In this document: in pieces, positions 19,383 through 29,155 of the stretch | Layout: every line of letters starts with the position of its first letter | Position numbering within the stretch: position 1 is the first letter of the stretch | DNA from: Minisyncoccota bacterium | GTDB lineage: Bacteria; Patescibacteriota; Minisyncoccia; JBAYJV01 | Direction: 5' to 3' | Assembly (NCBI GenBank): GCA_041664925.1 | Contig: JBAYJV010000002.1 | Coordinates: forward strand, 136,302-200,301 | DNA: 64,000 nucleotides | Notes under the pieces: model-generated | What the model was told of the DNA's origin: nothing | The model's database searches: none | What the model saw: only the letters and a program-made list of their open reading frames with translations | Program-made: the position numbers and the translations under genes

Positions 19383-19506
19383 AAAAAAATAGAGGACTGG
19401 AGATTCCAGTCCTTTTTTTGTGTAAAATTATGTTTTATAGATAAAAAGCTTGATTTTTTATCAATATATGATATAATATAAATATAATCATCGCATAGGA
19501 GGTTCC

Positions 19507-19740
19507 ATGCAGCTAACAGAAGGGTTTCGAAGAGAAGTCGAACTTCATTGGGGAAACCCAAAAAAAGTGGCCAATGTGGGATTGAGTGAGATTCTTGAGC
19601 ATGGCGACGAAATCTCTCTTGATTACGATGATCAGATCAGGTATGCTTTAAGAATCGGTGTCTTGGCTGGAGAAACAAAAGATCAAGGTTCTTCGGTCTT
19701 CATCGAACGATTCGAAAAAGAAATCCTCAACGAGGAATAA
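19507..19740 (+). CDS. Hypothetical small protein
   Basis: RBS taggagg; terminator 'gcgaacgacagggatcgttcgcttttttt' follows. Confidence 0.4.
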   Translation: MQLTEGFRREVELHWGNPKKVANVGLSEILEHGDEISLDYDDQIRYALRIGVLAGETKDQGSSVFIERFEKEILNEE

Positions 19741-19906
19741 GGAGGAAGCGTACAACTGACAATCAGTTAGTTACCATGCGAACGACAGGGATCGTTCGCT
19801 TTTTTTATATAAAATAAGGCTATTTGAAAACAAAAAAGAGGCGTAACAACGCCCAAACTATTGACATTTTTCTAGAGTATGTTATAATGGTTATATAGAG
19901 TGAATT

Positions 19907-19992
19907 GCCGGGATGGCGGAATCGGCAGACGCAGAGGACTTAAAATCCTCCGAGGTTCCCTCGTGCGGGTTCAAGTCCCGCTCTCGGCACCA
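19907..19992 (+). tRNA. tRNA-Leu (anticodon TAA), long variable arm, CCA encoded
   Basis: GCCGGGA acceptor stem, D-loop GGCGGAATCGGC, anticodon loop CTTAAAA, long extra arm, T-arm GGTTCAAGTCC, 3' GGCACCA; promoter TTGACA(19861)/TATAAT(19883) upstream. Confidence 0.85.
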
Positions 19993-20076
19993 GGTCTCCC
20001 GCCCCACCCAAGACCCCTCCTTCACGCGGTAGTACGCACGACGGCCCGCAGGCGACAGCGCTTGCGGGTCCTTTTT

Positions 20077-21138
20077 TTAATTATGAAAAAATTCAACAAC
20101 ATCGCCATCTTTCATTTCATAGTCCTTGCCTTCGAAACGAACCTTGCCTTTTTCTTTTAGCTCTTTCCATGTCTTATATTGGACAAAATCATCGTAGCTA
20201 ACAACAGCAGCCCGAATGAAACCTTTTTCAAAATCAGTATGGATCGTTCCAGCAGCCTCTGGCGCTAAAGCGCCTTTTTTTATTGTCCAGGCTCGTGTTT
20301 CTTTTTCACCGGTCGTCAAAAAATCTATTAGCCCTAAGGTCTCTTGAGCTTTTTTAATTAATTTCTCAAGTCCAAACGATTCAACGCCCAAATCTTTTAA
20401 ATATTCTTTTTTTTCTTCATCGCTCAGTCCAATTAGATCTGATTCGACCTTAGCTGAAATAATAATCGGCTCCCATTTGGCATATTTTTCTTTAATTTCT
20501 CCGATACGAGATAGTTCACCTTCAGAAACATTTAAAACGACGATTTCTTTTTTTAGAGTAATAAAATTTAAATCATTAACAGACGCTTTTTCCTCTTTTG
20601 AGATTCCGCTATTTCTTGCTGATATCCCCTGAACTAGTTTTTCTTTTATTTTAACGATTGATTGCCATTTAAATTGAGCATCTTTATCAACAACACCTTT
20701 TGGTTCTTTTTGTTTTTCAATCGTCTGAAGATCGGCTAAACAAAGTTCGGTATTGATGACATCATAATCTGCTTCTGGGTTCTCGCTGCCCGCTCTGGCG
20801 ATATCCGAATCTTCAAAAGCTCGAACAATATGGACAATAATGTCTGTTTCTCTAATATGAGATAAAAATTTATTACCCAGCCCTTCTCCTTTTGAAGCGC
20901 CCTTGACTAGACCTGCGATATCAATAAATTTGATAGCCGCGGGCACAATCTTTTCTGAATGAGACAATTCCGCCAAAACTTTTAATCTTGGATCAGGAAC
21001 TTCAACTACGCCAGTATTTGGCTCAATCGTGCAGAAAGGATAATTTTGCGCGTCAGCAACTTGGCGCGACAAAAGAGCGTTGAATAAAGTAGATTTCCCA
21101 ACATTGGGCAGACCGACAATTCCACATGAGAGATTCAT
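20077..21138 (-). CDS. ychF: Ribosome-binding ATPase YchF (Obg family)
   Basis: '[17 protein letters not shown]' P-loop, TGS C-terminus, 353 aa. Confidence 0.9.
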   Translation of the reverse strand: MNLSCGIVGLPNVGKSTLFNALLSRQVADAQNYPFCTIEPNTGVVEVPDPRLKVLAELSHSEKIVPAAIKFIDIAGLVKGASKGEGLGNKFLSHIRETDIIVHIVRAFEDSDIARAGSENPEADYDVINTELCLADLQTIEKQKEPKGVVDKDAQFKWQSIVKIKEKLVQGISARNSGISKEEKASVNDLNFITLKKEIVVLNVSEGELSRIGEIKEKYAKWEPIIISAKVESDLIGLSDEEKKEYLKDLGVESFGLEKLIKKAQETLGLIDFLTTGEKETRAWTIKKGALAPEAAGTIHTDFEKGFIRAAVVSYDDFVQYKTWKELKEKGKVRFEGKDYEMKDGDVVEFFHN

Positions 21139-21179
21139 TGAATTTGAAGTTAGAAGTTAGAAGCTAGAAGCTGGGATAT

Positions 21180-21299
21180 TAAATTCGAATATCGAAATCA
21201 GAAACTCGAAACAATATCTAAATTCGAATGTTCTAAATCCAAAACAGTTTAAAATTTTAATTTTTAAATATTAGAATTTGTTTTGGATTTCGGATTTCG
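21180..21299. repeat. AT-rich ~130-nt dispersed repeat, copy 3 of 3
   Basis: Upstream of ychF; preceded by 'gaagttagaagttagaagctagaagctggg', a motif also at 49691-49718. Confidence 0.7.
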
Positions 21300-21310
21300 C
21301 CTGCCTACCG

Positions 21311-22084
21311 TCAGGCAGGTGCTTCGGATTTTACAATGATGTATCTCCAAACATCGTACTGGTCTTTGAAAAAAACGTAATTTCCATAATGGCATTCTTT
21401 AACAATTTTTTCAATAGCTGGTTTTTGGCCAAAACCAAACTCCATATAAATTTTTCCTTCTGGATTCAAATAATTTTTTGCGCTGGTTAAGAATTTCTTT
21501 ATATATTTTAAGCCATCGCTACCAGCAAAAAGAGCTTTTCTTGGTTCATGATTTAAAACCGATTTTTGAACCATTTTTATTTCTTTCAAAGAAACATAGG
21601 GTGGATTTGCCAAGATATAATCATATTGAAGTCCGACTTCGATATTATGAAAAATGTTTGACCTGATAATTTTGTATCGCGACTGGGAAATCTTATTTAG
21701 CTCAAGATTTCTTTTTATCTGTTTTAAATATTTTCCTTTTATATCCACGAAATCAACTGTTGTATTTTTTGTATTTTTTAAGATCGCAATTCCAATACAA
21801 CCAGAACCAGCGAATAAATCAAGACATTTTATTTTTTCTTTTTTGTTTTTCTTTATATCTTCGATCGCTTTTTCAGTCCAATATTCTGTTTCCACGCGGG
21901 GGATTAACGGGCGATATTTTAAGTCAATCTGACATCCCAAGAACGGCTGATAACCGATAAGATAGGCGAGAGGTACGCCTTTTTTAAGTTTCTTTATATC
22001 ACAACTTGCCTTCAATCCCAATTTCCCTTGGTACTTTTCGTCAATAAGCCATTTAATTTCCCGATTGATTAATTCTTGATTCAT
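21311..22084 (-). CDS. prmC: Release-factor glutamine N5-methyltransferase (PrmC/HemK family)
   Basis: 'LDLFAGSGCIGIA' SAM motif I, 'ANPPY' motif IV. Confidence 0.75.
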   Translation of the reverse strand: MNQELINREIKWLIDEKYQGKLGLKASCDIKKLKKGVPLAYLIGYQPFLGCQIDLKYRPLIPRVETEYWTEKAIEDIKKNKKEKIKCLDLFAGSGCIGIAILKNTKNTTVDFVDIKGKYLKQIKRNLELNKISQSRYKIIRSNIFHNIEVGLQYDYILANPPYVSLKEIKMVQKSVLNHEPRKALFAGSDGLKYIKKFLTSAKNYLNPEGKIYMEFGFGQKPAIEKIVKECHYGNYVFFKDQYDVWRYIIVKSEAPA

Positions 22085-22088
22085 GATT

Positions 22089-22706
22089 TTACGATTTAGT
22101 ACCTAGATAATTTTTACAGACAACATAAAATTCCTTACTTGCATTTCTTGAGGCATTCGCATCGTGGCGTTTTACTATTTCAAAATATTTCCTAAGATCT
22201 TTCATAAAATCATGAGCTTCTTTTGATTCAAAAATCTTAAAAAGAAAATGTCCTTTTGGTTTTAAGTGTTGCTTTACAATTTCAAATGCGGTCAAAACTA
22301 ATTGCAATGACATGTCTGTGTCTCTTGATTTAATTCCTGTCGTGTTTGGCGCCATATCAGAAACAATAAGATTAAAATTTACATTGTTAAAGTCATCGCT
22401 CGTTAAATCATTGATGTCTTTTTCAATAAACTTTGCATTAGAAGAAAGTCCGATTCTTATTCCTTGCAAATCCACTCCCCAAACTTTTCCCATTGGTCCG
22501 ATTCTTTCAGCAATGTACATCAGCCAAGAACCCGGAGCGCAGCCCAAATCTAAAACAAAATTTCCCGACCTTAAAAGTCGGTATTTATTATCAATCTCTT
22601 GTAATTTATAAACTGATCTAGCAGGATAGCCTTCTTTTTTGGCTTTTTTAAAAAAGAAATCCTGTCTCTCGTGAATATTTTTCATATGTATCTTAAGTTT
22701 TATCAT
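22089..22706 (-). CDS. rlmE: 23S rRNA 2'-O-ribose methyltransferase RlmE/FtsJ
   Basis: 'ARSVYKLQEID', 'VLDLGCAPGSW', K-D-K-E tetrad context. Confidence 0.8.
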   Translation of the reverse strand: MIKLKIHMKNIHERQDFFFKKAKKEGYPARSVYKLQEIDNKYRLLRSGNFVLDLGCAPGSWLMYIAERIGPMGKVWGVDLQGIRIGLSSNAKFIEKDINDLTSDDFNNVNFNLIVSDMAPNTTGIKSRDTDMSLQLVLTAFEIVKQHLKPKGHFLFKIFESKEAHDFMKDLRKYFEIVKRHDANASRNASKEFYVVCKNYLGTKS

Positions 22707-22764
22707 ATTTAAATGAAAAAATCAAAAGAGCCTGCTTGCTTCAAACAGGCTCCTGTTTCGCTTG

Positions 22765-22968
22765 TTATGCTTCAATGATCACGCGGTCAGTATCGGATGT
22801 CAGATTACGCCCTCCTGACTTAGAATAGAGAAAGTGAGGATAATGTTGAGAATCGCACTCAACCCTCAACTCATCCTTCGGCTCAATCATTCTGGGATCA
22901 TAGTTGATCCCGAGAGCTTCCATCACTTGATTTCGAGATTCCGGTTTGATCACAGCCAAGATTCTCAT
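22765..22968 (-). CDS. 67-aa hypothetical protein (GC-rich)
   Basis: ORF with terminator 'gaaacaggagcctgtttgaagcaagcaggctc' downstream on minus strand. Confidence 0.35.
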   Translation of the reverse strand: MRILAVIKPESRNQVMEALGINYDPRMIEPKDELRVECDSQHYPHFLYSKSGGRNLTSDTDRVIIEA

Positions 22969-23147
22969 CTCTGCCTCCTTAATATTAATATCATTGTAAC
23001 ATATTTATTCTAAAAGTCAATCTTTGTCAATGATTTTGATTAAATTAAAGAAAAGAGCCGACAATTGCCGGTTATAAGTTTTGTCTTTGTTTTAATCTAT
23101 CAAGAATTTTTATTGCAATTTCTTGTCTTGCAAACATAATTTGAAAA

Positions 23148-23687
23148 TCATAAATAGTTGTATACTTTTGTTAAATATTTTTTAAAGACTTCCTTAAACT
23201 TTAATTGATTGCCAAAACCAGGAAAAGGAATAAATTCATTATTTACTACATTATATCCTTGTTTTTTTAATATATTACTGAAGATTTCAAAAACATTCTT
23301 TTTAATAAGAAATATTGGGGTTTCTTTTGAAATTAATTTTTTTATTTCTATAATTTTCTTTTTTGAATCAAGAATGATTTTTTTATTTCTATCCTTTTCA
23401 TTTAATCTATTAATTGGATCATCTGTGGAATCTATCATGTAAAAACCTTCACTTTTAAATCGTTCAAGATAGATATTTTTATCACCTTTTCTGTACTTGT
23501 TTTTGAAGTCAGAAAAAATAGTTTCCATGATAGCCCTAAACATAAAATCATATTTTTCCTGTGAAGGATTATAAAAAAACCTTACAGAAGAATCTTCGCA
23601 TAGAGGAGGAGATTCGGCTATGATTAGATACTTTATCTTTAGAGGTTTATATTTTTCTCTTAGAATTTGTATTTGCGTTAAAGACAT
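23148..23687 (-). CDS. Hypothetical protein, AT-rich
   Basis: 179-aa ORF, no recognisable motif. Confidence 0.4.
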   Translation of the reverse strand: MSLTQIQILREKYKPLKIKYLIIAESPPLCEDSSVRFFYNPSQEKYDFMFRAIMETIFSDFKNKYRKGDKNIYLERFKSEGFYMIDSTDDPINRLNEKDRNKKIILDSKKKIIEIKKLISKETPIFLIKKNVFEIFSNILKKQGYNVVNNEFIPFPGFGNQLKFKEVFKKYLTKVYNYL

Positions 23688-23719
23688 AAAATTTTATTTA
23701 ATTTCTATATTTTATCTCT

Positions 23720-24718
23720 TTATTCCTCTTTTTCCAATTTATTTTGAACCTGTCTAATTCGTTCTTCACGATTTCCACTTAAGAGAGTATAGGAAATCTC
23801 TCTTCTTTTTAAATCATTAATAATTTGTTCTTGGAATTTAATCCGATGGGTTTCGCCTGATCTTGAGCCATCGTCTTCATAGGGAATATCTATATCGCAA
23901 ACAAACCAAAGATCGTAGCGTTGTTTATTTTTTTTAGCAATTTTAATCAATTCTGGATGCGCTTTTCCATGATAATAACGGCTGAACATTTCGGTCGTAA
24001 TTGCGTTGGTATCAGAAAAGAAATATTTGTTCGCTTTTAAAATTAAAGCATCTTCTTTTGAAAGATGCTTTTTTGCTAGATCAAGTAATTGATCCATAGA
24101 AAGTTTTCCTGAGCTATCATGATATTTATCCCAATATTCTCTGCCAAGCTCCGGCATCCATTGGGTTTTATAAATTTTCCCTAATTCTCTTGCAATTGTG
24201 GTTTTTCCTGTTGACTCAGCTCCCAAAAAAACAATTTTTTTTACAAAACTTTCATATACGACAGGATGAAGAAATTTTCTGTATTTATAAGGATTTTGAC
24301 GAATCATTGTTCCGGATATGGGAACTAATTTACGTTTAATATCAACTATAATATTTTCTGCCCCGAGCGCTTTACTGACATGCTCTCCATACCATTCACT
24401 AGAAAAGAAATGAGTAATTTTAAATGGCACCGTCTTTAAAATATATTCATCGTGTTGTTTGGTAATCCGAGAATCAAGTCCGCACTCCGATGGTCCATTA
24501 TATCCCTTTATAACCGTAACTTGAGGATAGATTTTCTTTATCCAACCAGCGCGAATATTCAAAGGAATGTCGGTAATATCAGGACAATCATAGATAAGCA
24601 CAATAACTTTATCTGTCATTTTTAGTGCCGTATCAACCAAAAGTTGATGGCCTTTATGAAAAGGCGCAAATTTCCCCAAAACTAATCCTGTTGTAAGATT
24701 CTTGGATTTTTTTTCCAT
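23720..24718 (-). CDS. nadR: Bifunctional NMN adenylyltransferase / ribosylnicotinamide kinase (NadR-like, no HTH domain)
   Basis: N-terminal nucleotidyltransferase 'GKFAPFHKGH' (HxGH), C-terminal P-loop 'FLGAESTGKTT' typical of the RNK domain; immediately downstream of pnuC. Confidence 0.75.
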   Translation of the reverse strand: MEKKSKNLTTGLVLGKFAPFHKGHQLLVDTALKMTDKVIVLIYDCPDITDIPLNIRAGWIKKIYPQVTVIKGYNGPSECGLDSRITKQHDEYILKTVPFKITHFFSSEWYGEHVSKALGAENIIVDIKRKLVPISGTMIRQNPYKYRKFLHPVVYESFVKKIVFLGAESTGKTTIARELGKIYKTQWMPELGREYWDKYHDSSGKLSMDQLLDLAKKHLSKEDALILKANKYFFSDTNAITTEMFSRYYHGKAHPELIKIAKKNKQRYDLWFVCDIDIPYEDDGSRSGETHRIKFQEQIINDLKRREISYTLLSGNREERIRQVQNKLEKEE

Positions 24719-25263
24719 GATTTATACCAGTTATAAAATCCTGTACTGGCTAGGATTAAATAAATTATATATAAACCGGCGGTCAGATAGACGCCTTTAT
24801 AAGCATAAATGCCAATCGCTAAAACATCTACCAATATCCAAAGAACCCAGTTTTCGAAAACTTTCGTCATCAGAAATATCTGGGCAATTAAGCTCATAAC
24901 GGTTGTGAATGAATCTAGGTAGGGGATTGAAGCATCGGTAAAATTCTTCAAAGAGAAACCCATAAGCAATGATCCGAAGATAAGAAAAAGAAAGGCCTGA
25001 AGCCTTTCGGTATTATTAAGAACTCTAACTTTTAATTCTGTTTTTTTCTCTCCTCCATGTTTCCAAAGATACCAGCCATAGAAACCGGTTATTATATAGA
25101 AGACCTGCTCGCCCATATCAGCGTAAAGTTTAATCTGAAAGAACATCACCCCTAGGGCTATTACGCTAATAATGCCAATGGGCCAATTGAGGATCTTTTC
25201 TTTGGCTGCTAGGTAAACACACCAAGCTCCGAAGATAACACCGACAATTTCATAGATGTTCAT
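24682..25263 (-). CDS. pnuC: Nicotinamide riboside transporter PnuC
   Basis: 193-aa multi-TM protein with PnuC-like Trp/Gly pattern; classic pnuC-nadR pairing; promoter TTGACA-16/17-TATACT with a candidate NrtR box immediately downstream of the -10. Confidence 0.7.
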   Translation of the reverse strand: MNIYEIVGVIFGAWCVYLAAKEKILNWPIGIISVIALGVMFFQIKLYADMGEQVFYIITGFYGWYLWKHGGEKKTELKVRVLNNTERLQAFLFLIFGSLLMGFSLKNFTDASIPYLDSFTTVMSLIAQIFLMTKVFENWVLWILVDVLAIGIYAYKGVYLTAGLYIIYLILASTGFYNWYKSWKKNPRILQQD

Positions 25264-25311
25264 AGTAGTAAGGTTACAGATAATTGCCTATTTTTCTTTA
25301 ACCTTTTTTAG

Positions 25312-25332
25312 TTAGTGTATCCTCTACAATTA
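25312..25332. promoter_or_regulatory. Candidate NrtR operator 1 (TTAGTGTATCCTCTACAATTA), overlapping the pnuC promoter/TSS
   Basis: GT-N7-AC core with TTAGTGT/ACAATTA arms; half-sites identical to the site at 25433-25453. Confidence 0.55.
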
Positions 25333-25432
25333 GTATAGCGCGAAAAAAAAGTTTGTCAATAGATAAGGGCCTTTTTTGTGAAAAAACCCCTTATTGTGGA
25401 TAAACCACTTGACAAGATTTTTCTTGGGAGTA

Positions 25433-25453
25433 TAATTGTACTAGATACACTAA
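25433..25453. promoter_or_regulatory. Candidate NrtR operator 2 (reverse complement TTAGTGTATCTAGTACAATTA), overlapping the -10/TSS of nrtR (autoregulation)
   Basis: Lies just after TTGACA(25410)-16-TATAAT(25432); same half-sites as site 1. Confidence 0.55.
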
Positions 25454-25465
25454 GTTATCAAATTA

Positions 25466-26148
25466 TGAAAAAAGAAGCTGTTCGGGAAAAAAAATATAAG
25501 TTTGCAGTCATTGCCACTGATGTTGTTTTATTTACCGTAAAGGATGAAAAACTCCAGGTCCTGCTTATTAAGATGAAAAAGAAATTATATAAGGAACACT
25601 GGGCGCTTCCCGGCGGTTTGATTAAATCTCAGGAATCATTGGAAACGGCAGCGAAAAGAAATTTGCTTGCTAAATCCGGTGTAAAAAATATTTATCTTGA
25701 GCAGCTCCGCACTTTTGGCGACATCAGCCGCGATCCTTTTGGAAGAGTCGTTTCGGTTGCTTATTTCGCCCTGATACCTTATAGCGGCATCAAATTGAAA
25801 ACCACCAAAAAATACGCCGGCATCAATTGGTTCCCGATTAAAAAACTTCCTGATTTAGCATACGATCATAAAAAAATGATTGCTTTGGCAGTTAAGCGAC
25901 TGAAAGCAAAACTTGGCTATACCAATATTGTTTATAGTCTTCTACCTCAGGAATTTTCCTTAAGCGATCTTCAGGAAACATACGAAATCATTTTAAATAG
26001 AAAACTCGACAAAAGAAATTTCCGCAAGAAAATCCTTTTATCAAAACTCCTGATAAGAACAAATAAAAAGGAAGGGGGAATGCCTCACAGGCCAGCAGTG
26101 ATTTATCGCTTCAAACAGCGCAGCCCCCAGATTATCGATCTGCTTTAA
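25466..26148 (+). CDS. nrtR: NrtR-family transcriptional regulator (Nudix domain + C-terminal winged HTH)
   Basis: Nudix-like 'EHWALPGGLIKSQESLETAAKRNLLAKSG'; C-terminal 'LPQEFSLSDLQETYEIILNRKLDKRNFRKKI...HRPAVIYRF' wHTH characteristic of NrtR. The ORF track starts at a GTG at 25378, but the ATG at 25466 follows a perfect promoter. Confidence 0.75.
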
Positions 26149-26175
26149 TTAACGCCTATTTTTTTTCCTCATTAG

Positions 26176-26196
26176 TTAGTGTATAAAACACACTTA
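26176..26196. promoter_or_regulatory. Candidate NrtR operator 3 (TTAGTGTATAAAACACACTTA, near-perfect palindrome)
   Basis: Between nrtR and the PP2C gene; GT-N7-AC core. Confidence 0.55.
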
Positions 26197-26243
26197 AAAG
26201 GGTTTAGTTCTTCCTGATTTTTACAAATTTTTTTACCCCTTAA

Positions 26244-26264
26244 TTAGTGTTAATAATACACATA
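26244..26264. promoter_or_regulatory. Candidate NrtR operator 4 (TTAGTGTTAATAATACACATA), overlapping the likely island promoter
   Basis: Followed by CATACT -10-like element and the AGTTCTTTA start motif at 26272. Confidence 0.5.
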
Positions 26265-26345
26265 CTCATATAGTTCTTTAGCCTAAGTAAGTAGTACTTT
26301 AACAATTTAAAAACTCACAAAGCTCTCAATAACCCCTCAAGGACG

Positions 26346-27215
26346 GTGAATGTAATGAAAAATCAATTTGAGATCGCCGGCGGAACTGTTCTGGGAACCA
26401 ATCATCAAAGATGCGGAAAAAATAATCAGGACGCTTTTTTATGGCAAATCACAGAAGATGCGGTTGTCATCGTTGTTGCTGATGGCTGCGGCTCTAAGCC
26501 ACATAGCGAAGTAGGAGCGAAAATCGGCAGCCAATTGATAGTTAATGAAATCATTACCAATCTATATGAGAATGGATTCCTAGATGCGCTTGGAAATGAT
26601 ATCGCCACAAATAACCTCTGGTCTTTAATAGAAAGAAATGTGCTGGAAAAAATCTACGCTCTGGCTCATTCAATGGACCGAGATCTTCATGCTCAGGCAA
26701 TTGCCGATTATTTTCTCTTCACAATGATCGGTGCCATCGCCACAAAAAATAAAACCATAATTTTTTCTCTTGGTGACGGCGCCTACATCATTAACGGAGA
26801 AGTAACACAAATCGGTCCCTTTCCTGACAATGCTCCTCCTTATCTCGCTTATCAATTACTGGACCCCCAGACTCTTGATATCGATCAAAGACTGCTTCAC
26901 ATCAAGACAAAGCGCATCATCGAAACACCTGAAATCAAAAATTTGCTCATCGGCACTGACGGCGTCTGCGATTTAATCAGACAGTCAGAAAAACAAATTC
27001 CCGGCAGCCAAGACCAGGTTGGTCAGATAAATTGGTTCTGGGAAAACGACAAATGTTTTTCCAATCCGGATATGATCAGACGGCGCTTGTCGATGATGAA
27101 CCGCCAAAGCTTAAGAATTGATGAAAAAAAACATCTCGCCAAAGAATCGGGAATTCTGCCAGACGACACAACTCTTGTGGTAATGAGGCAAAAAAAAGGA
27201 GGCGACAAGATGTGA
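26346..27215 (+). CDS. PP2C-family serine/threonine phosphatase-like protein
   Basis: 'GTNHQRCGKNNQDAF', 'VVADGCGS' metal-binding Asp motifs, C-terminal 'IGTDGV'; stop overlaps the kinase start by 4 nt. Confidence 0.7.
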   Translation: MNVMKNQFEIAGGTVLGTNHQRCGKNNQDAFLWQITEDAVVIVVADGCGSKPHSEVGAKIGSQLIVNEIITNLYENGFLDALGNDIATNNLWSLIERNVLEKIYALAHSMDRDLHAQAIADYFLFTMIGAIATKNKTIIFSLGDGAYIINGEVTQIGPFPDNAPPYLAYQLLDPQTLDIDQRLLHIKTKRIIETPEIKNLLIGTDGVCDLIRQSEKQIPGSQDQVGQINWFWENDKCFSNPDMIRRRLSMMNRQSLRIDEKKHLAKESGILPDDTTLVVMRQKKGGDKM

Positions 27216-29077
27216 ATGAAATCTATGTCAACGGACAACGCGTCCGCCTCAGTCAAAATAAACTCATCGGCCAGGGCGGCGAAGCGGAAATCTATGATTT
27301 GGGCAATGGCAAGGCGCTTAAGGTTTTCAAAACACCGGACCATCCCGACTTCCAGGGAAATCCTGTAGAACAGGCAATTGCCAGAGAGCGGATTTTGGAA
27401 CACCAACAAAAACTCAAGACATTTCCCAAAAATCTGCCCCACCGCATCATTGCACCCGAAGATCTGGCGTTTGATAGCACAACAAGGCAAATTGCCGGTT
27501 ATGTTATGCGCTATCTCAAACAAACAGAAGTGCTGATAAAGTATAGCGACCGCAGTTTCCGCGAACAAAGAATTTCCCAGGAAACGGTGACTAAGATTTT
27601 CCTTGATCTTTATAAAACAGTTTCGGAAGCCCATCGGACCGGCGTCGTCATCGGTGATTTCAATGATTTGAATGTCCTGGTCTCAGGGAATGAAGCCTAT
27701 CTGGTTGATGTTGACAGCTATCAGTTTGGGAAGTTCCTCTGCAAGCTCTTTACTGAGCGCTTTGTTGATCCCTTGCTTTGCGATCCAAAAGAAACAAGGC
27801 CAGTACTTGCTTTCCCTCATAACCAAAATTCCGATTGGTACGCTTTCGCTATCATGCTGATGCAATGTCTGCTTTATGTGGGACCGTACGGAGGAATTTA
27901 TAGGCCAAAAAAAGCTCCCCAGAAAATCGTAACGCAGGATTCAAGACCGCTTAAAAGGATTACGGTTTTTCATCCTGATGTCCAGTACCCAAAACCGGCT
28001 ATCCGCCTTGATGTTTTGCCGGATGAAATGCTTGAATATCTGCGCCTTACTTTCGAAAAAGACCAAAGGCGCGTTTTCCCAGAAAACCTGATTCAGAGTC
28101 TATGCTGGAAAAAATGCCTGGTCTGCGGCACAGAACATGCGCGCAATTCCTGTCCCCAGTGTTTCAAAGCTATTGTCAAAGAAATTGTCCATTTCAAAGG
28201 CCATGTTTCAGCAAGAGATATTTTCAGGACTAAGGGTATTATTTTAAAAGCAGGTCTTAACGGAAAAAACTTCCTTTGGCTCTATTACGAAGATGGTTGC
28301 TTTAAAAGAGAAAATGGCGCGATTGTCGCCCGAGAAAAACTCGATCCGCGAATGCGTTTCGGAATCAGTGACGGATCAACCCTGATCGCCAAAGGTGATG
28401 AACTTTATTTATTTAGGACAAACCAGGCGCCTGTCAAAACCAACATCGGAACTTTCCAAAACTTGCCAATGTTTGACGCCAATGAAAATCATATTTACTG
28501 GATAGAAAATAATCAACTGTTCCGTGATGGCCCATTTGGTAAGGAAGCAATCGGTAAAATTCTTGAAAACCAAACGATTTTCTGGGTTGGTCCAGAATTC
28601 GGATTCGGTTTCTATCGCGCAGGAAATCTAACCATCGCCTTTGTCTTCGACAAAGAAAAACTGGGCATCAATGACCAGGTAAAACTTCCACCCATTAAAG
28701 GACAATTAATTAGTTGCGAATGCTTCTTCGATAAGGAGCGCTGCTGGCTTTTGATCTCAACTCAGCAAAAGGGAAAAATCATTAACGATTGCGTGGTTAT
28801 TTTGAAAAATGGCGCTGTAGAATGCGTGGCGCAAGCAACTCAAGATGATGGATCCTGGCTGGGAACACTCAAGGGAAAATGCGCTTTCCGACAGTTCCTT
28901 TTCGCTCCGACTGATGAAGGTATTGTAAGAACGGAAATTGAACAGGGACAAATCGCCAAGATAAATCATTTTCCTGACACAGAGCCTTTTGTGGATAAAG
29001 ATTCACTCCTTTTTACGGACCAGAACGGCATTTATGCTGTTAACCGCCAGGATATCAAGCTCCTAAGAATCGATTAG
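27212..29077 (+). CDS. Atypical protein kinase (Gly-rich loop GQGGEAEIY, VAIK-like ALKVFK, GDFNDLN catalytic loop, DVDS) + Cys4 zinc ribbon + beta-rich C-terminal domain
   Basis: Kinase-fold motifs; 'CLVCGTEHARNSCPQCF' zinc ribbon; translationally coupled to the PP2C gene. Confidence 0.65.
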   Translation: MNEIYVNGQRVRLSQNKLIGQGGEAEIYDLGNGKALKVFKTPDHPDFQGNPVEQAIARERILEHQQKLKTFPKNLPHRIIAPEDLAFDSTTRQIAGYVMRYLKQTEVLIKYSDRSFREQRISQETVTKIFLDLYKTVSEAHRTGVVIGDFNDLNVLVSGNEAYLVDVDSYQFGKFLCKLFTERFVDPLLCDPKETRPVLAFPHNQNSDWYAFAIMLMQCLLYVGPYGGIYRPKKAPQKIVTQDSRPLKRITVFHPDVQYPKPAIRLDVLPDEMLEYLRLTFEKDQRRVFPENLIQSLCWKKCLVCGTEHARNSCPQCFKAIVKEIVHFKGHVSARDIFRTKGIILKAGLNGKNFLWLYYEDGCFKRENGAIVAREKLDPRMRFGISDGSTLIAKGDELYLFRTNQAPVKTNIGTFQNLPMFDANENHIYWIENNQLFRDGPFGKEAIGKILENQTIFWVGPEFGFGFYRAGNLTIAFVFDKEKLGINDQVKLPPIKGQLISCECFFDKERCWLLISTQQKGKIINDCVVILKNGAVECVAQATQDDGSWLGTLKGKCAFRQFLFAPTDEGIVRTEIEQGQIAKINHFPDTEPFVDKDSLLFTDQNGIYAVNRQDIKLLRID

Positions 29078-29155
29078 AAAAGGAGGCAAGTAAAAAACAA
29101 AAATGGCCGCCCGGAAAATCGAACCGCAGCAAAAAGGATCAAAGGAGGATCCGCA

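Noticed and set aside
25378-25465. GTG start for nrtR given by the ORF track (256 aa)
   Set aside because: The extension would read through the gene's own near-consensus promoter and NrtR box; the ATG at 25466 gives a normal Nudix N-terminus
26170-26340. The NrtR-box region as a riboswitch
   Set aside because: AT-rich, palindromic DNA-type sites with promoter overlap fit a protein operator better than an RNA aptamer
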